64,000 nucleotides of DNA from Polyangium mundeleinium (GTDB lineage Bacteria > Myxococcota_A > Polyangia > Polyangiales > Polyangiaceae). Position numbers and translations under genes: made by a program. Numbering within the stretch: position 1 is the first letter of the stretch; every line of letters begins with the position of its first letter. Under the pieces are notes generated by a model. The model saw only the letters and a list, made by a program, of their open reading frames with translations. It was not told the DNA's origin and made no database searches. Below, piece after piece: positions 28,117 to 38,877 of this stretch. The stretch lies in assembly GCF_028369105.1 (NCBI RefSeq), contig NZ_JAQNDO010000001.1, forward strand, positions 2,099,711-2,163,710. The letters run 5' to 3'.

Positions 28117-30111
28117 ATGTCCTCGCCGCTCGATCTGCTCGCGCCGAAGGGACTCGCGCTCCTCGGGCTGCTCGGCCCACTGGTGCTCCTCTACATCCTG
28201 AAGGTGCGGCGGAAGCGAAAGCGCGTCGCGTCGACGTGGCTGTGGGCCTCGGCGAAGCGGGATCTGATCGCGCGCTCGCCGTTCCAGAAGCTCATCGCCC
28301 AGGTGCCGCTCATCTTGCAGGCGCTGGCGCTGCTCCTGCTCGCGTTCGCGCTCGCGCGGCCGGCGACGCGGGGGAGGGCGATCACGGGCGATCACCTCGC
28401 GATCATCGTGGACGCGAGCGCGTCGATGTCGGCGCAGAGCGTGGCCGGCGCGGAGACGAAGACGCGGATGGAGCTCGCGCGCAAGGTCGCCGAGGACATC
28501 CTGTCGTCGCTCGGCCCGGGCAGCGACGCGCTCCTGCTCGAAGCGGGGCGCGACGCGCGCGTGGTGGCGCCGCTCGATCGGGACGCGGTCCGGCTGAAGG
28601 CCGCGCTGAAGACGCTGCGCGTACACGACGTGGAGGGCGACCTCGGCGCGGCCGTGGCGCTCGCGGTGGATCGGCTGCGGCAGCTCGGCGGATCACGGCG
28701 GATCGTGGTGATCACGGACGGCAACCTCGCCGCGCCGGCAGCGCTCTCGGGTGCGTCGCTCCCGATCGAGGTGATCACCGTGGGCACGCCGGTGGACAAC
28801 GCGGCCATCGTGCGTGTCGACGTGCGGTCGGGGATCGAGCCGACGCTGAAGCGCGAGCAGGTGCAGGCGTTCCTCGTGATCGCGAACTTCGGCAAGGCGC
28901 CGCGCGAGCTCTACGTGACGATGCGCGAGGACAACGCGTCGGACGTGCTCGCATCGCGGAAGATCCTGGTCGCGCCGGGCGAACGTCAGGCCGTGGTGCT
29001 CGACTTCCTGCCGGCGCCCGGCGACTACCGGCGCGGGCTCATCTTCGACATCGCGCCGCACGACGCGATGGAGGTCGACGACGCGGCCTTCGCGCGCGTG
29101 CCGGCCGGGGACAAACTGCCCGTGGCGTACGCGGCGCCCGATCCGCAGAAAACGTCGCCGTGGATCGAGCGGGCGATCGTGAGTGATCCGGCGACGACGC
29201 TGAAGACGCTCTCGGTGGCGGAGCTCGCGCAGCCGGCCGCGGTCGAGATGGACGCGTTCGTCGTGGTGGAGGGCGCATGTCCGGACTTCGTGCCGGGCGG
29301 CGATCTCCTGATCGTCGCGCCACCCGCGGGGCGTTGCTTCGGCACCGTGGTCGGAAGGACGCTCGAAGCCCCGTCGATCACGTCGTGGGAGACGGGCGAC
29401 GCGCGCATGCGGTTCCTCTCGCTCGACGGCGTGTCGATCTCGCGCGCGATGGCGCTCAAGCCTGAGGGCCCCACGCAGGAGCTCATCCGCACGCAGGACG
29501 GCACGATCGCCACCGACATCTCCACGCCGACGCGCACGGGCACGCTGCTCGGCTTCGACGTCGGCGACAGCGACTGGCCGCTCAAGGCGAGCTTCGTGCT
29601 CTTCATGCGAAACCTCCTCGAGCAGGGGCGTATCCACCGTGCGCACGGCATCACGGGGCCCGCGCGCGCCGGCGAGCCGCTCCGCGTGCGTTTGCCCGCG
29701 TCGGCGAAAGACGTCGAGGTGAAAGGACCCACCGGCGATCGGCTCGACGTGTCGCTGCGGAGCGGGCTCGCGGTCGTGCCGGAGATCTCGAAGGTCGGCC
29801 TCTACCAGCTCTCGTGGCAAGGCCCCGAGGGCGGCGCGATCGTGGCCCCGGCGAACCTGACCAGCGCGGCCGAGAGTGACCTCGGCAGCGTCATGGCCCC
29901 GGCTGGATCGGGCAAGGACGAGATCAAGGTGACGGCCGCGGGCGTCGAGCCCGACGCGCACAACGAGTGGAGCTGGGTGCTCGCGCTCGTGGCGCTCGGC
30001 TTCGTGGTCTTCGACATCTGGTACCTGACGCGCAAGCCCCGCCTCGCGCCCGCCGCTGCGCCCGCCGCGCCCAAGCGTCCGCCGGCGCCGGAGAGGAGAG
30101 CCGCAGCGTGA
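28117..30111 (+). CDS. BatA-like membrane protein with a VWA domain (aerotolerance-type N-terminal TM domain)
   Basis: TGAATG junction with the DUF58 gene. N-terminus LALLGLLGPLVLLYILKVRRKRKR followed by a second TM. MIDAS-like DASASM. Confidence 0.8.
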   Translation: MSSPLDLLAPKGLALLGLLGPLVLLYILKVRRKRKRVASTWLWASAKRDLIARSPFQKLIAQVPLILQALALLLLAFALARPATRGRAITGDHLAIIVDASASMSAQSVAGAETKTRMELARKVAEDILSSLGPGSDALLLEAGRDARVVAPLDRDAVRLKAALKTLRVHDVEGDLGAAVALAVDRLRQLGGSRRIVVITDGNLAAPAALSGASLPIEVITVGTPVDNAAIVRVDVRSGIEPTLKREQVQAFLVIANFGKAPRELYVTMREDNASDVLASRKILVAPGERQAVVLDFLPAPGDYRRGLIFDIAPHDAMEVDDAAFARVPAGDKLPVAYAAPDPQKTSPWIERAIVSDPATTLKTLSVAELAQPAAVEMDAFVVVEGACPDFVPGGDLLIVAPPAGRCFGTVVGRTLEAPSITSWETGDARMRFLSLDGVSISRAMALKPEGPTQELIRTQDGTIATDISTPTRTGTLLGFDVGDSDWPLKASFVLFMRNLLEQGRIHRAHGITGPARAGEPLRVRLPASAKDVEVKGPTGDRLDVSLRSGLAVVPEISKVGLYQLSWQGPEGGAIVAPANLTSAAESDLGSVMAPAGSGKDEIKVTAAGVEPDAHNEWSWVLALVALGFVVFDIWYLTRKPRLAPAAAPAAPKRPPAPERRAAA

Positions 30112-33100
30112 TCCCGAGCCACTTGCGCCCGTACGTGCCTTTCGTGGTCGTTGGCATCGGCTTGCTCGTGTTCGTCCTGCTCGCGCGGTGGGTGATCCGC
30201 GAGGCGGGCCTCACGAAACGCAAGATCTTGCTCGCGGGGATGATCGCGGGCGCGCTGCCGGCGCTTTACGTGGGCCTCGTCTGGACGGGCCTCGTCCCCG
30301 GCGGTTACCTACGCCTCGCGCGGCCGCAGATCACGCTGCTCGCGCTCGCGTCGACGATGTTCGTCGCGTACCGCATGGCGACGGGTTGGACGAACCAGGG
30401 CCCGTTCCGCACGCGGCTCGGCGATCTCCTCGCCCAGTTCGCCACGTTCATCGCGGCCATGGCCGCGGCCGGCCCCGAGCTCGGGCGGCCGCTCGACCGG
30501 CTCACCGTGCTCGTGGCGATCGATCGCAGCCGCTCGATCGACCTCGTCCCGAGCGCCGAGCAGCGCATCAAGCAGGAGCTCACGGTGGCCGAGATCGGCA
30601 TGCGCGAGGAGGATCGGATCGGCACGATCATCTTCGGCGCAGACGCGGCGACGGAGGACCCGCCGCGGCCGAAGTCGGACCTGCCCGCGCCGCAGCGTGT
30701 CTCCATCGGGCGCGACGGGACCGATCTCGGCGCGGCGATCCGGCGCTCGCTGGCCGAGGTGCCCGCCGACAGCGCCGCGCGCATCGTGGTGCTCTCGGAC
30801 GGCGTGGCGACGCGCGGCGACACGATGGCCGCGGCCGCGGCGGCCGTCGCGGCGGAGATCCCGGTCGACGTGGTCCCGCTCGAACAACGCTCGATCCCGG
30901 ACATCCGCGTCGTCGCGCTCCGAGCGCCGACGCGCGCGGACGAGGGCGAGCCCATCGATCTGCGGCTCGTGACCTCGTCGCCGAGCCCGGCCGCGATCCA
31001 GATCCGGCTGCGTCGCGACGGCGAGCTCATCGCGGAGTCGGGCGCGAAGATCGCCGCGGGCGAGGACGTCTTGCGTATCCGCGAGAAGGCGCCCGGCCCC
31101 GGGTTTCATCGCTACGACGTGGAGATCACGGCGGCCGACCCGGCGCTCGATCAATCGCCCGAGGACAACGCGGGCAGCGCCTTCATGCGTGTGCGTGGCC
31201 AGGCATCGGCGCTCGTACTCGACGGGGACGCGGGCAAGACGGCGTTCGTCGCGCGCGCCCTGCAGGCCGCGGCGTTCCAGGTGGATGAGGGCTCGACGAG
31301 CAGCGTGCCCGCGGATCTTGCGGGGCTCGTCGGCTACGACCTCGTCGTGATGGGCGACGTGCGCGCCTCGGATCTGTCGCCCGGCCAGATCGACGCGCTC
31401 GCGAGTTACGTGCGCGACCTCGGCGGCGGCCTGCTCCTCATGGGCGGCGATCGCAGCATGGGCCCAGGCGGGTACGCGCGCACGCCGCTCGAAGAGGTCT
31501 CCCCGGTTTCTTTTGATCTCAAACAAGAGCGGCGCCGCGCGAGCCTCGCCGAGGTGATCGGGATCGACATCTCGGGCTCGATGGCAGCCACGGCCGGCGC
31601 GCACACGAAGCTCGAGCTCGCGAACGAGGCGGCCGCGCGCAGCGCCGCGCTGCTCGGCAGCGGCGACCGGCTCGGCGTGCTCCATGTCGACACCGACGTC
31701 CACTGGAGCGTCCCGCTCGGCCCGGTGAGCGACAAGGCCGCGATCGACAAAGCGATCCGCGGCGTGGGTCCGGGCGGCGGCGGCATCCTCGTCGACATCA
31801 CGCTCGAAGCCGCGTACGCCGCGCTCGCGAAGGAGAAGGTCAACCTCAAGCACGTGCTGCTCTTCGCCGACGGCTCCGACGCCGAGCAGATGGGCCCGTG
31901 CCGCACGATGGTCTCCGACGCTTTGCGCGCCGGCATCACGACGAGCGTGGTCGCGCTTGGCAACGGCGGCGACGTGCCCGAGCTGGAGACGCTCTCGCGC
32001 CTCGGCAGCGGCCGCTTCTACCTCATCGAGGACGCGAACCGCCTGCCCGCGGTCTTCACGCAGGAGACGATCCTCGCCGCGCGCTCGTCGATCGTCGAAA
32101 AAGAATTCCGCGTCTCCCGCAGCGCACCTTCGCCCATCCTCTCGGGCGTTCCCCTCGACGAGGCCCCCTCGCTCGACGGGTATGTCGTGACGATCCCGAA
32201 GGGCCGCGCGAGCGTGCTCATGACCGGGCCCGAGGGCGATCCGATCCTCGCCGTGTGGTCGGCGGGCGTCGGTCGATCGGGCGCGTTCACGAGTGACCTC
32301 AAGGATCGCTGGGGCCGCCGCTGGACCACGTGGCCCGGCGCGGCGCGGCTTGTCGGCCAGCTCGCGCGCGACCTCACGCGCAAGGGCGAGGACGGCCGCG
32401 TGCGCGTCGAGGCCGACGCCTCGGGCGGCGAGCTTCACGTGCGCGCCACGGTCGTCGGCGACGACGGCCGCGCGCAGTCGTTCCGCCGCTTGATGGTGCG
32501 CGTCGCCGGGCCCGACGGGTTCGTCCGCGAGACCGCGCTCGAAGCCACCGGCGCCGGCGCGTATGCCGCCTCGATCCCGCTCTCGCGCCCCGGCACGTAC
32601 ATCGCGATCGCCAAGGATGAGCAGTCGGGCGACGTCGTCGGCACGGCGGGCGCGGCGCTCACCGCCGGCGAGGAGCTCCGGCCCACGGGCTCCGACGCCG
32701 CGCTTCTCGGCCGCATCGCGGACCTCACGGGCGGCAAGCGGCGCGACACGCTCGCCGGCATCTTCGGCGACCGCGCCGCGCGGCGTTTCTCCTACCAGGA
32801 CATCACGCCCGTCTTGATCGCAATGGCCGGCTTCGCGCTCCTCCTCGCGGTCGCGGCGCGCCGCTTCGCCTTGCCGGAGCCCGTCCTCGCGTGGGCCGCG
32901 CGCACGCGCGCCGCGCTGCAACCGAAGCCCGCCGAGGCCCACGCGCGCCCCGATCCGCGCTCGCCCGACGCCGTCGTCGGCGCGCTCCTCCAAGCGAAAG
33001 AGCGTGCTGCCCGCGACCGCGCCGCCCGCGAGGCCCCGCTCCCCGCGGCCTCGGCCGCCGCGCTCGCGCAGACCTCCGCGCCGGCCCCGCATGCGCCTCC

Positions 33101-33251
33101 ACCGGCCGCTGCGAGGCCACACATCCCGGCCCCGACCGCGGCCGCGCCCCCGCCCGCCGGCGCCGCGCCGCCCGCGGGACCGCCGCAGCCCCGCGCGCTC
33201 ACGGCGGCCGAGATCCTCCTCGCGCGCCGCAAAGGCCAGCCGCGATCCTGA
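30108..33251 (+). CDS. Large polytopic membrane protein with two VWA domains and an Ala/Pro-rich C-terminus
   Basis: GTGA overlap with the upstream gene. Four N-terminal TM helices. VWA MIDAS motifs VAIDRSRSID and IGIDISGSMA. A late TM VLIAMAGFALLLAVAA. The listed ORF 29967-33251 starts too early. Confidence 0.8.
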   Translation: MIPSHLRPYVPFVVVGIGLLVFVLLARWVIREAGLTKRKILLAGMIAGALPALYVGLVWTGLVPGGYLRLARPQITLLALASTMFVAYRMATGWTNQGPFRTRLGDLLAQFATFIAAMAAAGPELGRPLDRLTVLVAIDRSRSIDLVPSAEQRIKQELTVAEIGMREEDRIGTIIFGADAATEDPPRPKSDLPAPQRVSIGRDGTDLGAAIRRSLAEVPADSAARIVVLSDGVATRGDTMAAAAAAVAAEIPVDVVPLEQRSIPDIRVVALRAPTRADEGEPIDLRLVTSSPSPAAIQIRLRRDGELIAESGAKIAAGEDVLRIREKAPGPGFHRYDVEITAADPALDQSPEDNAGSAFMRVRGQASALVLDGDAGKTAFVARALQAAAFQVDEGSTSSVPADLAGLVGYDLVVMGDVRASDLSPGQIDALASYVRDLGGGLLLMGGDRSMGPGGYARTPLEEVSPVSFDLKQERRRASLAEVIGIDISGSMAATAGAHTKLELANEAAARSAALLGSGDRLGVLHVDTDVHWSVPLGPVSDKAAIDKAIRGVGPGGGGILVDITLEAAYAALAKEKVNLKHVLLFADGSDAEQMGPCRTMVSDALRAGITTSVVALGNGGDVPELETLSRLGSGRFYLIEDANRLPAVFTQETILAARSSIVEKEFRVSRSAPSPILSGVPLDEAPSLDGYVVTIPKGRASVLMTGPEGDPILAVWSAGVGRSGAFTSDLKDRWGRRWTTWPGAARLVGQLARDLTRKGEDGRVRVEADASGGELHVRATVVGDDGRAQSFRRLMVRVAGPDGFVRETALEATGAGAYAASIPLSRPGTYIAIAKDEQSGDVVGTAGAALTAGEELRPTGSDAALLGRIADLTGGKRRDTLAGIFGDRAARRFSYQDITPVLIAMAGFALLLAVAARRFALPEPVLAWAARTRAALQPKPAEAHARPDPRSPDAVVGALLQAKERAARDRAAREAPLPAASAAALAQTSAPAPHAPPPAAARPHIPAPTAAAPPPAGAAPPAGPPQPRALTAAEILLARRKGQPRS

Positions 33252-33287
33252 TCGTCGCGACGAACGCGCGTCCCTGAAAAACGCGCG

Positions 33288-34388
33288 CTACCGAACGACG
33301 CGATACGCCTGCGTCCAGGCCATCTTCCCGGCCGGCAGCGAGACGCGCGCGCGCACCCAGGTCTCGCCGCCGCGGAGCTCGTACGAGGCGTCGCCCTCGG
33401 CGCCTGGTTCCACCTTCGCGAGCTCCTTGCCGCCGTCGCCGATGAACACGACGACCGCGCCTTCTTCTTTCGGCCACACGCTCAGCTTGTTCTCGGTCAC
33501 GCGGATCCGCGTGAGCGTCACGCCCGACGACGCGTAGAGCCGACCCTTTGCGAGCCCTTCGCAGATGTGCGCTCGCTCGGGCTTTTCTGCGAACACCTGG
33601 ACCCAGCCTTTTCCAGGCCGCGCCGGCTTGATGTTCGGCTTCGTCATACCGAGGTGATGCGCGTCGTCGACCGCCACGCCCGCGATCGTCCACCCCTCGT
33701 CGAGCAGTGTGTTCCACACGGCCTCGTGGGACGGCCGCTCCGCGTTGCCCTCCGTGTTCACGTACGGGTGGCCGCTCCAGATCTCGAGCAGCTCCGCGCC
33801 GCGCGTGACGCGCACATCGTCCAGCGTGAGCGCCCAGTCGAAGTTCGGGTGGTTCACGAGCGCGACGCCCTTTTGGTCGTGCACCTTGGTGAGCCCGTGC
33901 AGCAGCGCCTCGCGTTTCGTGCTGAAGCGGCCGCCGCCGATCGTCTTTTTCGTGCAGAGGCCGTTGACGTGGACGGGTTTGCCCTCGGCCATCATCGTGA
34001 TCTCTTCGCCCCCGATGATCACGAACCCCTTCTTTTCGAGCGCCGCGAACGTCTCGGGGCTGACGCGGTTGTCGTGATCGGTGAGCGCGAGGAACGCGTA
34101 GCCGTGGCTGCGATACCAGGTGTAGACGTCCTTCGGCGGCCGATCGCCGTCGCTCCACTGGCTGTGCGTGTGGAGGTTGCCGCGCTGGAACGTCGAGACG
34201 TCGAGCGTCTCGGCGAAGTGCGGCGGGCCGAGCTTCGGCGGCTCGATCTTGATGTTGAGCGACAAGGGCGCCGCGAGGGCCGTGCGCTCGGGAGGGACAC
34301 GCGTGAACGTAATAGCCGCCACGCCGCCGATCGCGGCGACCCCCACGCCGAGCGCGATCCAGCGAAACATGCCCGTCTTCGATCGCAT
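33288..34388 (-). CDS. PHP-domain (polymerase/histidinol phosphatase-like) metal-dependent phosphoesterase, membrane-anchored or secreted
   Basis: PHP motif I GNLHTHSQWSDG and further His/Asp motifs LTDHDN and VDDAHH. N-terminal hydrophobic segment. Confidence 0.8.
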   Translation of the reverse strand: MRSKTGMFRWIALGVGVAAIGGVAAITFTRVPPERTALAAPLSLNIKIEPPKLGPPHFAETLDVSTFQRGNLHTHSQWSDGDRPPKDVYTWYRSHGYAFLALTDHDNRVSPETFAALEKKGFVIIGGEEITMMAEGKPVHVNGLCTKKTIGGGRFSTKREALLHGLTKVHDQKGVALVNHPNFDWALTLDDVRVTRGAELLEIWSGHPYVNTEGNAERPSHEAVWNTLLDEGWTIAGVAVDDAHHLGMTKPNIKPARPGKGWVQVFAEKPERAHICEGLAKGRLYASSGVTLTRIRVTENKLSVWPKEEGAVVVFIGDGGKELAKVEPGAEGDASYELRGGETWVRARVSLPAGKMAWTQAYRVVR

Positions 34389-34458
34389 CGGCCTTTCCCT
34401 GCTCGCGAGGATAGCTCCATACGCCGCGAGGGCGGAAGCGCCCCCGCGGCGCGCCCGT

Positions 34459-34995
34459 TCAGTCGAGGACGAGCCTGACTTTCACGGAGACGTCGATCCC
34501 GTCCGTCGGCCACGCCAGGAAGTTCGGGTTCGTACGGCCACTCCACTCGACGCGGACCTTCTTGCCGTCTTCGAAGAAGGGACGAATGTCGCCGTCGTGG
34601 AGCACGTCGAGGATCACGTCGGGCTCCTTCGGGGGCATGTCCGACTTCGAGACGAGCGGCGTGCGCCCCGTCGAGGTCACGGCTTCGCCGAGGATCTCGT
34701 CGACGAACGTGACGTCCTCTGCGGGCGGCGCCACGGAGATCCGCACGAACCCGAGCCGGGCCGCGCCGTACGAGTTGACGTCGCTCTCCAGCGTGACTTC
34801 GTTCCACCAGAAGAAGGACCCGTCGACCTTGGGGGTCACGGTGAACTCCGCGTCCACGTCGTACTCGCTCACGACGGACGAACACCCGAACGTGCCCATG
34901 GCCATCGCGGCCCCGACGAGGAGAGCCCATCGCGCCCCGCGCTTCTCGCCGCCGCCCACCCTTTGCTCCGCGCCTGATTCGATGAAGCCATTCAT
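34459..34995 (-). CDS. Lipoprotein, function unknown
   Basis: Start MNGFIESG... with lipobox AMAMGTFGCSS. The N-terminal boundary is uncertain. Confidence 0.55.
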   Translation of the reverse strand: MNGFIESGAEQRVGGGEKRGARWALLVGAAMAMGTFGCSSVVSEYDVDAEFTVTPKVDGSFFWWNEVTLESDVNSYGAARLGFVRISVAPPAEDVTFVDEILGEAVTSTGRTPLVSKSDMPPKEPDVILDVLHDGDIRPFFEDGKKVRVEWSGRTNPNFLAWPTDGIDVSVKVRLVLD

Positions 34996-35147
34996 GCTGA
35001 AATCGTAGCACGCCCGTGGCCTGGATCCCGCCGCGCGGTCGGCGCACCCAAGGGCGCACGAAACCGCGCGTCCAAGGGGACACCCTCGGCCCGGCAGCGC
35101 CTGGGGCGCCGCGGCGTGGGGCATTCAGACCGAAGGAGTCGTCGCGC

Positions 35148-35735
35148 ATGGCCACGATGCAGGAGGGCGCCCTCCTCTTTTCGTTGAAGTACCTCGCGCG
35201 CCTGGAAGAGGCGCGCGTTCGTCCGGAGAACGAGGCCGCGGGGCGGCTCGAACACGAAGAGGCCCAGCGCCACGCGCGTGAAGCCTCCTCGATGCACGCC
35301 CGGATCGAGGCCGAGCGGCGCGCGCGAATGGACGCCGAGCGCCGCGCCGAGGAAGCGCGGATCGAGGCGATTCGCTTCGCAGCCGTCGAACGCGCGCGTG
35401 CTGAGGCCGAAGCGAACGCGCGCCTCGAGGTGATGCGGATCGTCGAGGCGCACGAGCGCGCCCTCGCTGCGTTGAAGGAGGACAAACAGAACCAGCGCCT
35501 CGGCCGCGCCGTGCGCCTCGGCGCCCTCGGATCCATGTTCCTCTTCGCCGCGGCCTTCGGCTTCTATTTCGGCAAGGTCAAGCCCGACGGCGAGGCCCAG
35601 CTCCGCGCCCAGCAGGCCGCCATCGACGCGGCCGACGAGGAGGCGTCGCGGCTTCGCAAGAAGCTCGCTGAGCGTGACGCGCGCATCAAGGAGGCCGAGC
35701 GCGTGCTCGGCGCGCTCGCCCGGCCTGCGCGTTAG
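35148..35735 (+). CDS. Coiled-coil protein with one TM helix, function unknown
   Basis: ATG at 35148 with GAAGGAG 10 nt upstream. ERRA-rich coiled coil. TM LGALGSMFLFAAAFGFYF. Confidence 0.6.
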   Translation: MATMQEGALLFSLKYLARLEEARVRPENEAAGRLEHEEAQRHAREASSMHARIEAERRARMDAERRAEEARIEAIRFAAVERARAEAEANARLEVMRIVEAHERALAALKEDKQNQRLGRAVRLGALGSMFLFAAAFGFYFGKVKPDGEAQLRAQQAAIDAADEEASRLRKKLAERDARIKEAERVLGALARPAR

Positions 35736-36812
35736 CTAGATCGAATAGTCCTGCACGAAGAGTTTTGCGTCGCGCAGGTTCACGAACACCTCTTCCCCCT
35801 CCGCGAGCCCGAGCTCGGCGACGCGATCCTTCGTGAGCTCCACTGTCAGCGGTTGATCGTCGTCGAGCGTGAGCTCGATCCGCACCATCCAGCCGACCCG
35901 CACGAGGCGCTCGACCCGTGCGGTCGCCACCTCCACGCTGCTGCGCTTTTCCGCGCGGCTCGACACGCCCACGAGCTCGACGTCGTGCGGACGGACGAAC
36001 GCGCGCACGCTCGTCCCGTCCCCCGCGCCTGGCGGCGCGTGCACCGCGAGGCTCCCGAGCGCCGCGCGCCCGCCACGCACCTCGCCTTCGAGCTCGTTGA
36101 TCGATCCCACGAACCCCGCGACGAACGCCGTCGCCGGGCGATCGTAGATCTCCTCGGGCGTGCCGATCTGCTCCACCTTGCCGCGGTTCATCACGATGAC
36201 CCGATCCGCGACGCTGAGCGCCTCTTCCTGATCGTGCGTGACGAACACCGTGGTGATCGCGCGCTCCTCGTGGAGGCGCCGGAGCCATTCGCGGAGTTCC
36301 AGCCGCACCTTCGCGTCGAGCGCGCCGAAGGGCTCATCGAGCAGGAGCACGCTCGGCCCCGGCGCGAGCGCGCGGGCGAGCGCGACACGTTGCCGCTGCC
36401 CACCCGAGAGCTCGTGCGGGTACCTTTCGCCAAGCTCCGCGAGCCGCACCAGCGCGAGCAGCTCGCTCACCACGCGATCGATCTCCACCCGCGGCTTGCC
36501 TCGGATCTCCAGGCCGAACCCGACATTTTCACGCACCGTCATGTGCCGGAACAGGGCGTAACTCTGGAACACGAAGCCGATGTTCCGCTCCTGCACGCGC
36601 ACGTCCGTCACGTCCACGCCGCGGAGCAGCACGCGCCCTTCATCGGGCGATTCGAGCCCCGCCAGGATCCGCAGCACCGTCGTCTTGCCGCCGCCGCTTG
36701 GGCCGAGCAGCGCCACGAGCTCGCCCGCCTCGATCTCGAACGACACGGCGTCGACCGCCCGCCCGCTCCCGCCGGGAAAACGCTTCACGAGATCACGCGC
36801 CACGATACCCAC
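35736..36812 (-). CDS. cysA: Sulfate/thiosulfate ABC transporter ATP-binding protein
   Basis: Walker [25 protein letters not shown], Walker B LLLDEP and a C-terminal TOBE domain. Confidence 0.9.
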   Translation of the reverse strand: MGIVARDLVKRFPGGSGRAVDAVSFEIEAGELVALLGPSGGGKTTVLRILAGLESPDEGRVLLRGVDVTDVRVQERNIGFVFQSYALFRHMTVRENVGFGLEIRGKPRVEIDRVVSELLALVRLAELGERYPHELSGGQRQRVALARALAPGPSVLLLDEPFGALDAKVRLELREWLRRLHEERAITTVFVTHDQEEALSVADRVIVMNRGKVEQIGTPEEIYDRPATAFVAGFVGSINELEGEVRGGRAALGSLAVHAPPGAGDGTSVRAFVRPHDVELVGVSSRAEKRSSVEVATARVERLVRVGWMVRIELTLDDDQPLTVELTKDRVAELGLAEGEEVFVNLRDAKLFVQDYSI

Positions 36813-36818
36813 GAGCGC

Positions 36819-37655
36819 CTACCTTCCCGGCTCCGCGCGTGAGCCACGCTTTCGTCGCATGACGTCGAGCAACAAGAGAAGCCCGATCGACGCGAGCGCG
36901 AGTACCGTCGCCACCACGTACGCGCCGCGGTCGTCCCGATCTTCGAGCGCCCGGTACACGAAGACCGTCGCCGTCTCCGTCTTCCCCGCGATCCCGCCCG
37001 AGACCAGGAGCACCGCGCCGAACTCGCCGATCGCCCGCGCCATCGTCAGCGTCGTGCCGTACGCGAGCCCCCAGCGAATCCCCGGCAGCGTGACACGAAA
37101 GAACGTCACGAACGGCGACGCCCCGAGCGTGTACGCCGCGAGCTCCTGATCCGTGCCCATCTCCTCGAGCACCGGACCGACCTCACGCACCACGAACGGG
37201 AGCGTCACGAACGCCGTCGCCATCGCCATCGCCGGCCAGGCGAACGCGACCTCCCAGCCGAGCGCGTCCGTGATCGGCCGGAGCAGCCCGCCCTTGCCGA
37301 AGAGCGAGAGGAGCACGACGCCCACCGCCACCGGCGAGAGCGCGAACGGCACGTCGACGAGCGCGTGGAGGACACGCTTTCCCACGAACCGATCCCGCAC
37401 GAGGACGAACGCGAGCGCCGTGCCGAGCGTGCCGTTCACCACGACCGCGAAGGCCGTGAGCTTGGCCGTCATCACGAGCGCGGCGAGCACATCGGGCCGC
37501 GCGAGCACCTCGACGAAAGGCCGGAGTCCGCCGCCGAGCGCGCCACGCAGGAGCGAGCCGACCGGCAGGAGCACGAGGGCGCCCACGTAAAGCACGGCCA
37601 CCCCGATCAGGACGACGCGCACGCGGCCCTTTCCGCCGCCCGCTCGCTCAGCCAT
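36819..37655 (-). CDS. cysW: Sulfate ABC transporter permease
   Basis: Six TM helices, the EAA-loop region (EEMGTDQELAAYTLGASPFVTFFRVTLP) and synteny with cysA. Confidence 0.85.
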   Translation of the reverse strand: MAERAGGGKGRVRVVLIGVAVLYVGALVLLPVGSLLRGALGGGLRPFVEVLARPDVLAALVMTAKLTAFAVVVNGTLGTALAFVLVRDRFVGKRVLHALVDVPFALSPVAVGVVLLSLFGKGGLLRPITDALGWEVAFAWPAMAMATAFVTLPFVVREVGPVLEEMGTDQELAAYTLGASPFVTFFRVTLPGIRWGLAYGTTLTMARAIGEFGAVLLVSGGIAGKTETATVFVYRALEDRDDRGAYVVATVLALASIGLLLLLDVMRRKRGSRAEPGR

Positions 37656-38502
37656 GGGCCCCCCGCTGCCGCGCCGAGACGACGAGCACCACGCAGAACG
37701 AGATCGTCACGAGCACGAGGGACATCGCGCTCGCCGCGTGCACGTCGCCCGACTCCACCTCCCCGAACACGTGCACGGCCGCGGTCAGCGTCCGCCGTGG
37801 AATGTTGCCGGCCACCACGACCACCGAGCCGAACTCGCCGAGGGCCCGCGCAAAGCTTTGCAGCGCACCCGAGACGATGGCCGGCGCGATCGCGGGGAGC
37901 GTCACCCGCCGGAACGTCGTCCACTCGCTCGCGCCGAGCGTGTAGGCGGCCTCCTCGTCGGCCCCGTCGAGCTCGAGCAGCACGGGCTGGACCGTGCGCA
38001 CCACGAGCGGGAGCGTCACGAAGAGCAGCGCCAGGATGATTGCCGGCGGGGCGTACACGACCCGCATGCCGGCCGCCTCGAAGAGCTGCCCGAGCGCGGC
38101 GTGGGGCCCGAGGAGCGTGACGATCATCATCCCCGTCACGAGCGTGGGGATCGCGAACGGCAGGTCGATGAGGACGTCGAGCAGCTTGCGCCCGGGGAAG
38201 GGGTAGCGGACGAGCACGTATGCGATGAGCGTGCCCATCACCGCGTTGACGGCGGCCATCACGAGCGCCGTCTCCAGTGTCAGGAAAATGGCCCCGCGCG
38301 CGACGGGGTGGACGAGGGCCCGTCCGAGCTCGGCGAGACCCTGCGAGAGCCCCTCCCGCGCGAGCGTGGCCACGGGCAGCGCCACCATGAGCAGGAGGTA
38401 GGTCGCCGCCGCCCCACGCAGGCCGAGTTTGCCGAGGGGCCGTCCTTGCGCCCTCGATCGGCCCGTCGGCCGCGCCTCGGACAGCTCCACCGTCGTGCTC
38501 AA
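37648..38502 (-). CDS. cysT: Sulfate ABC transporter permease
   Basis: EAA-like DEEAAYTLGASEWTTFRRVTLP. Overlaps the cysW start. A probable TTG start near 38502 is tentative; the listed ORF 37648-38769 is over-extended. Confidence 0.75.
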   Translation of the reverse strand: MSTTVELSEARPTGRSRAQGRPLGKLGLRGAAATYLLLMVALPVATLAREGLSQGLAELGRALVHPVARGAIFLTLETALVMAAVNAVMGTLIAYVLVRYPFPGRKLLDVLIDLPFAIPTLVTGMMIVTLLGPHAALGQLFEAAGMRVVYAPPAIILALLFVTLPLVVRTVQPVLLELDGADEEAAYTLGASEWTTFRRVTLPAIAPAIVSGALQSFARALGEFGSVVVVAGNIPRRTLTAAVHVFGEVESGDVHAASAMSLVLVTISFCVVLVVSARQRGAHG

Positions 38503-38877
38503 GCGAGCGTGAGGATGGCCCGCCGTGGCGCTCGTCCGCAACGACGATGTGAAAGTTGCATCGGAAAGATGCGACAATGGCCGTGGCGCGCACGGGAGCG
38601 GGGGATGTGTCCGCGGGTCCGAGCTGCCCGTGTTCCTGCGGACAGCTTGCAAATCTGCCCGTGATCTGCCGTCGATCCGTGGGGGAGGTCTCCAGGGTTG
38701 CGGCGGCTCGGCGATTCTGGTAACCACCTCGAACGTGATCGGCGCGATGCGTGGGAACCCACACGACATTTCATCGCGATCTACCGATTGCCCAGGCCGA
38801 GGGACACGTGGACCCGACGTCGGGCGTCCGAGCGCGACGTTTCACGGCTTGACGGAACGAGCGTAATCGCCCCCAAC

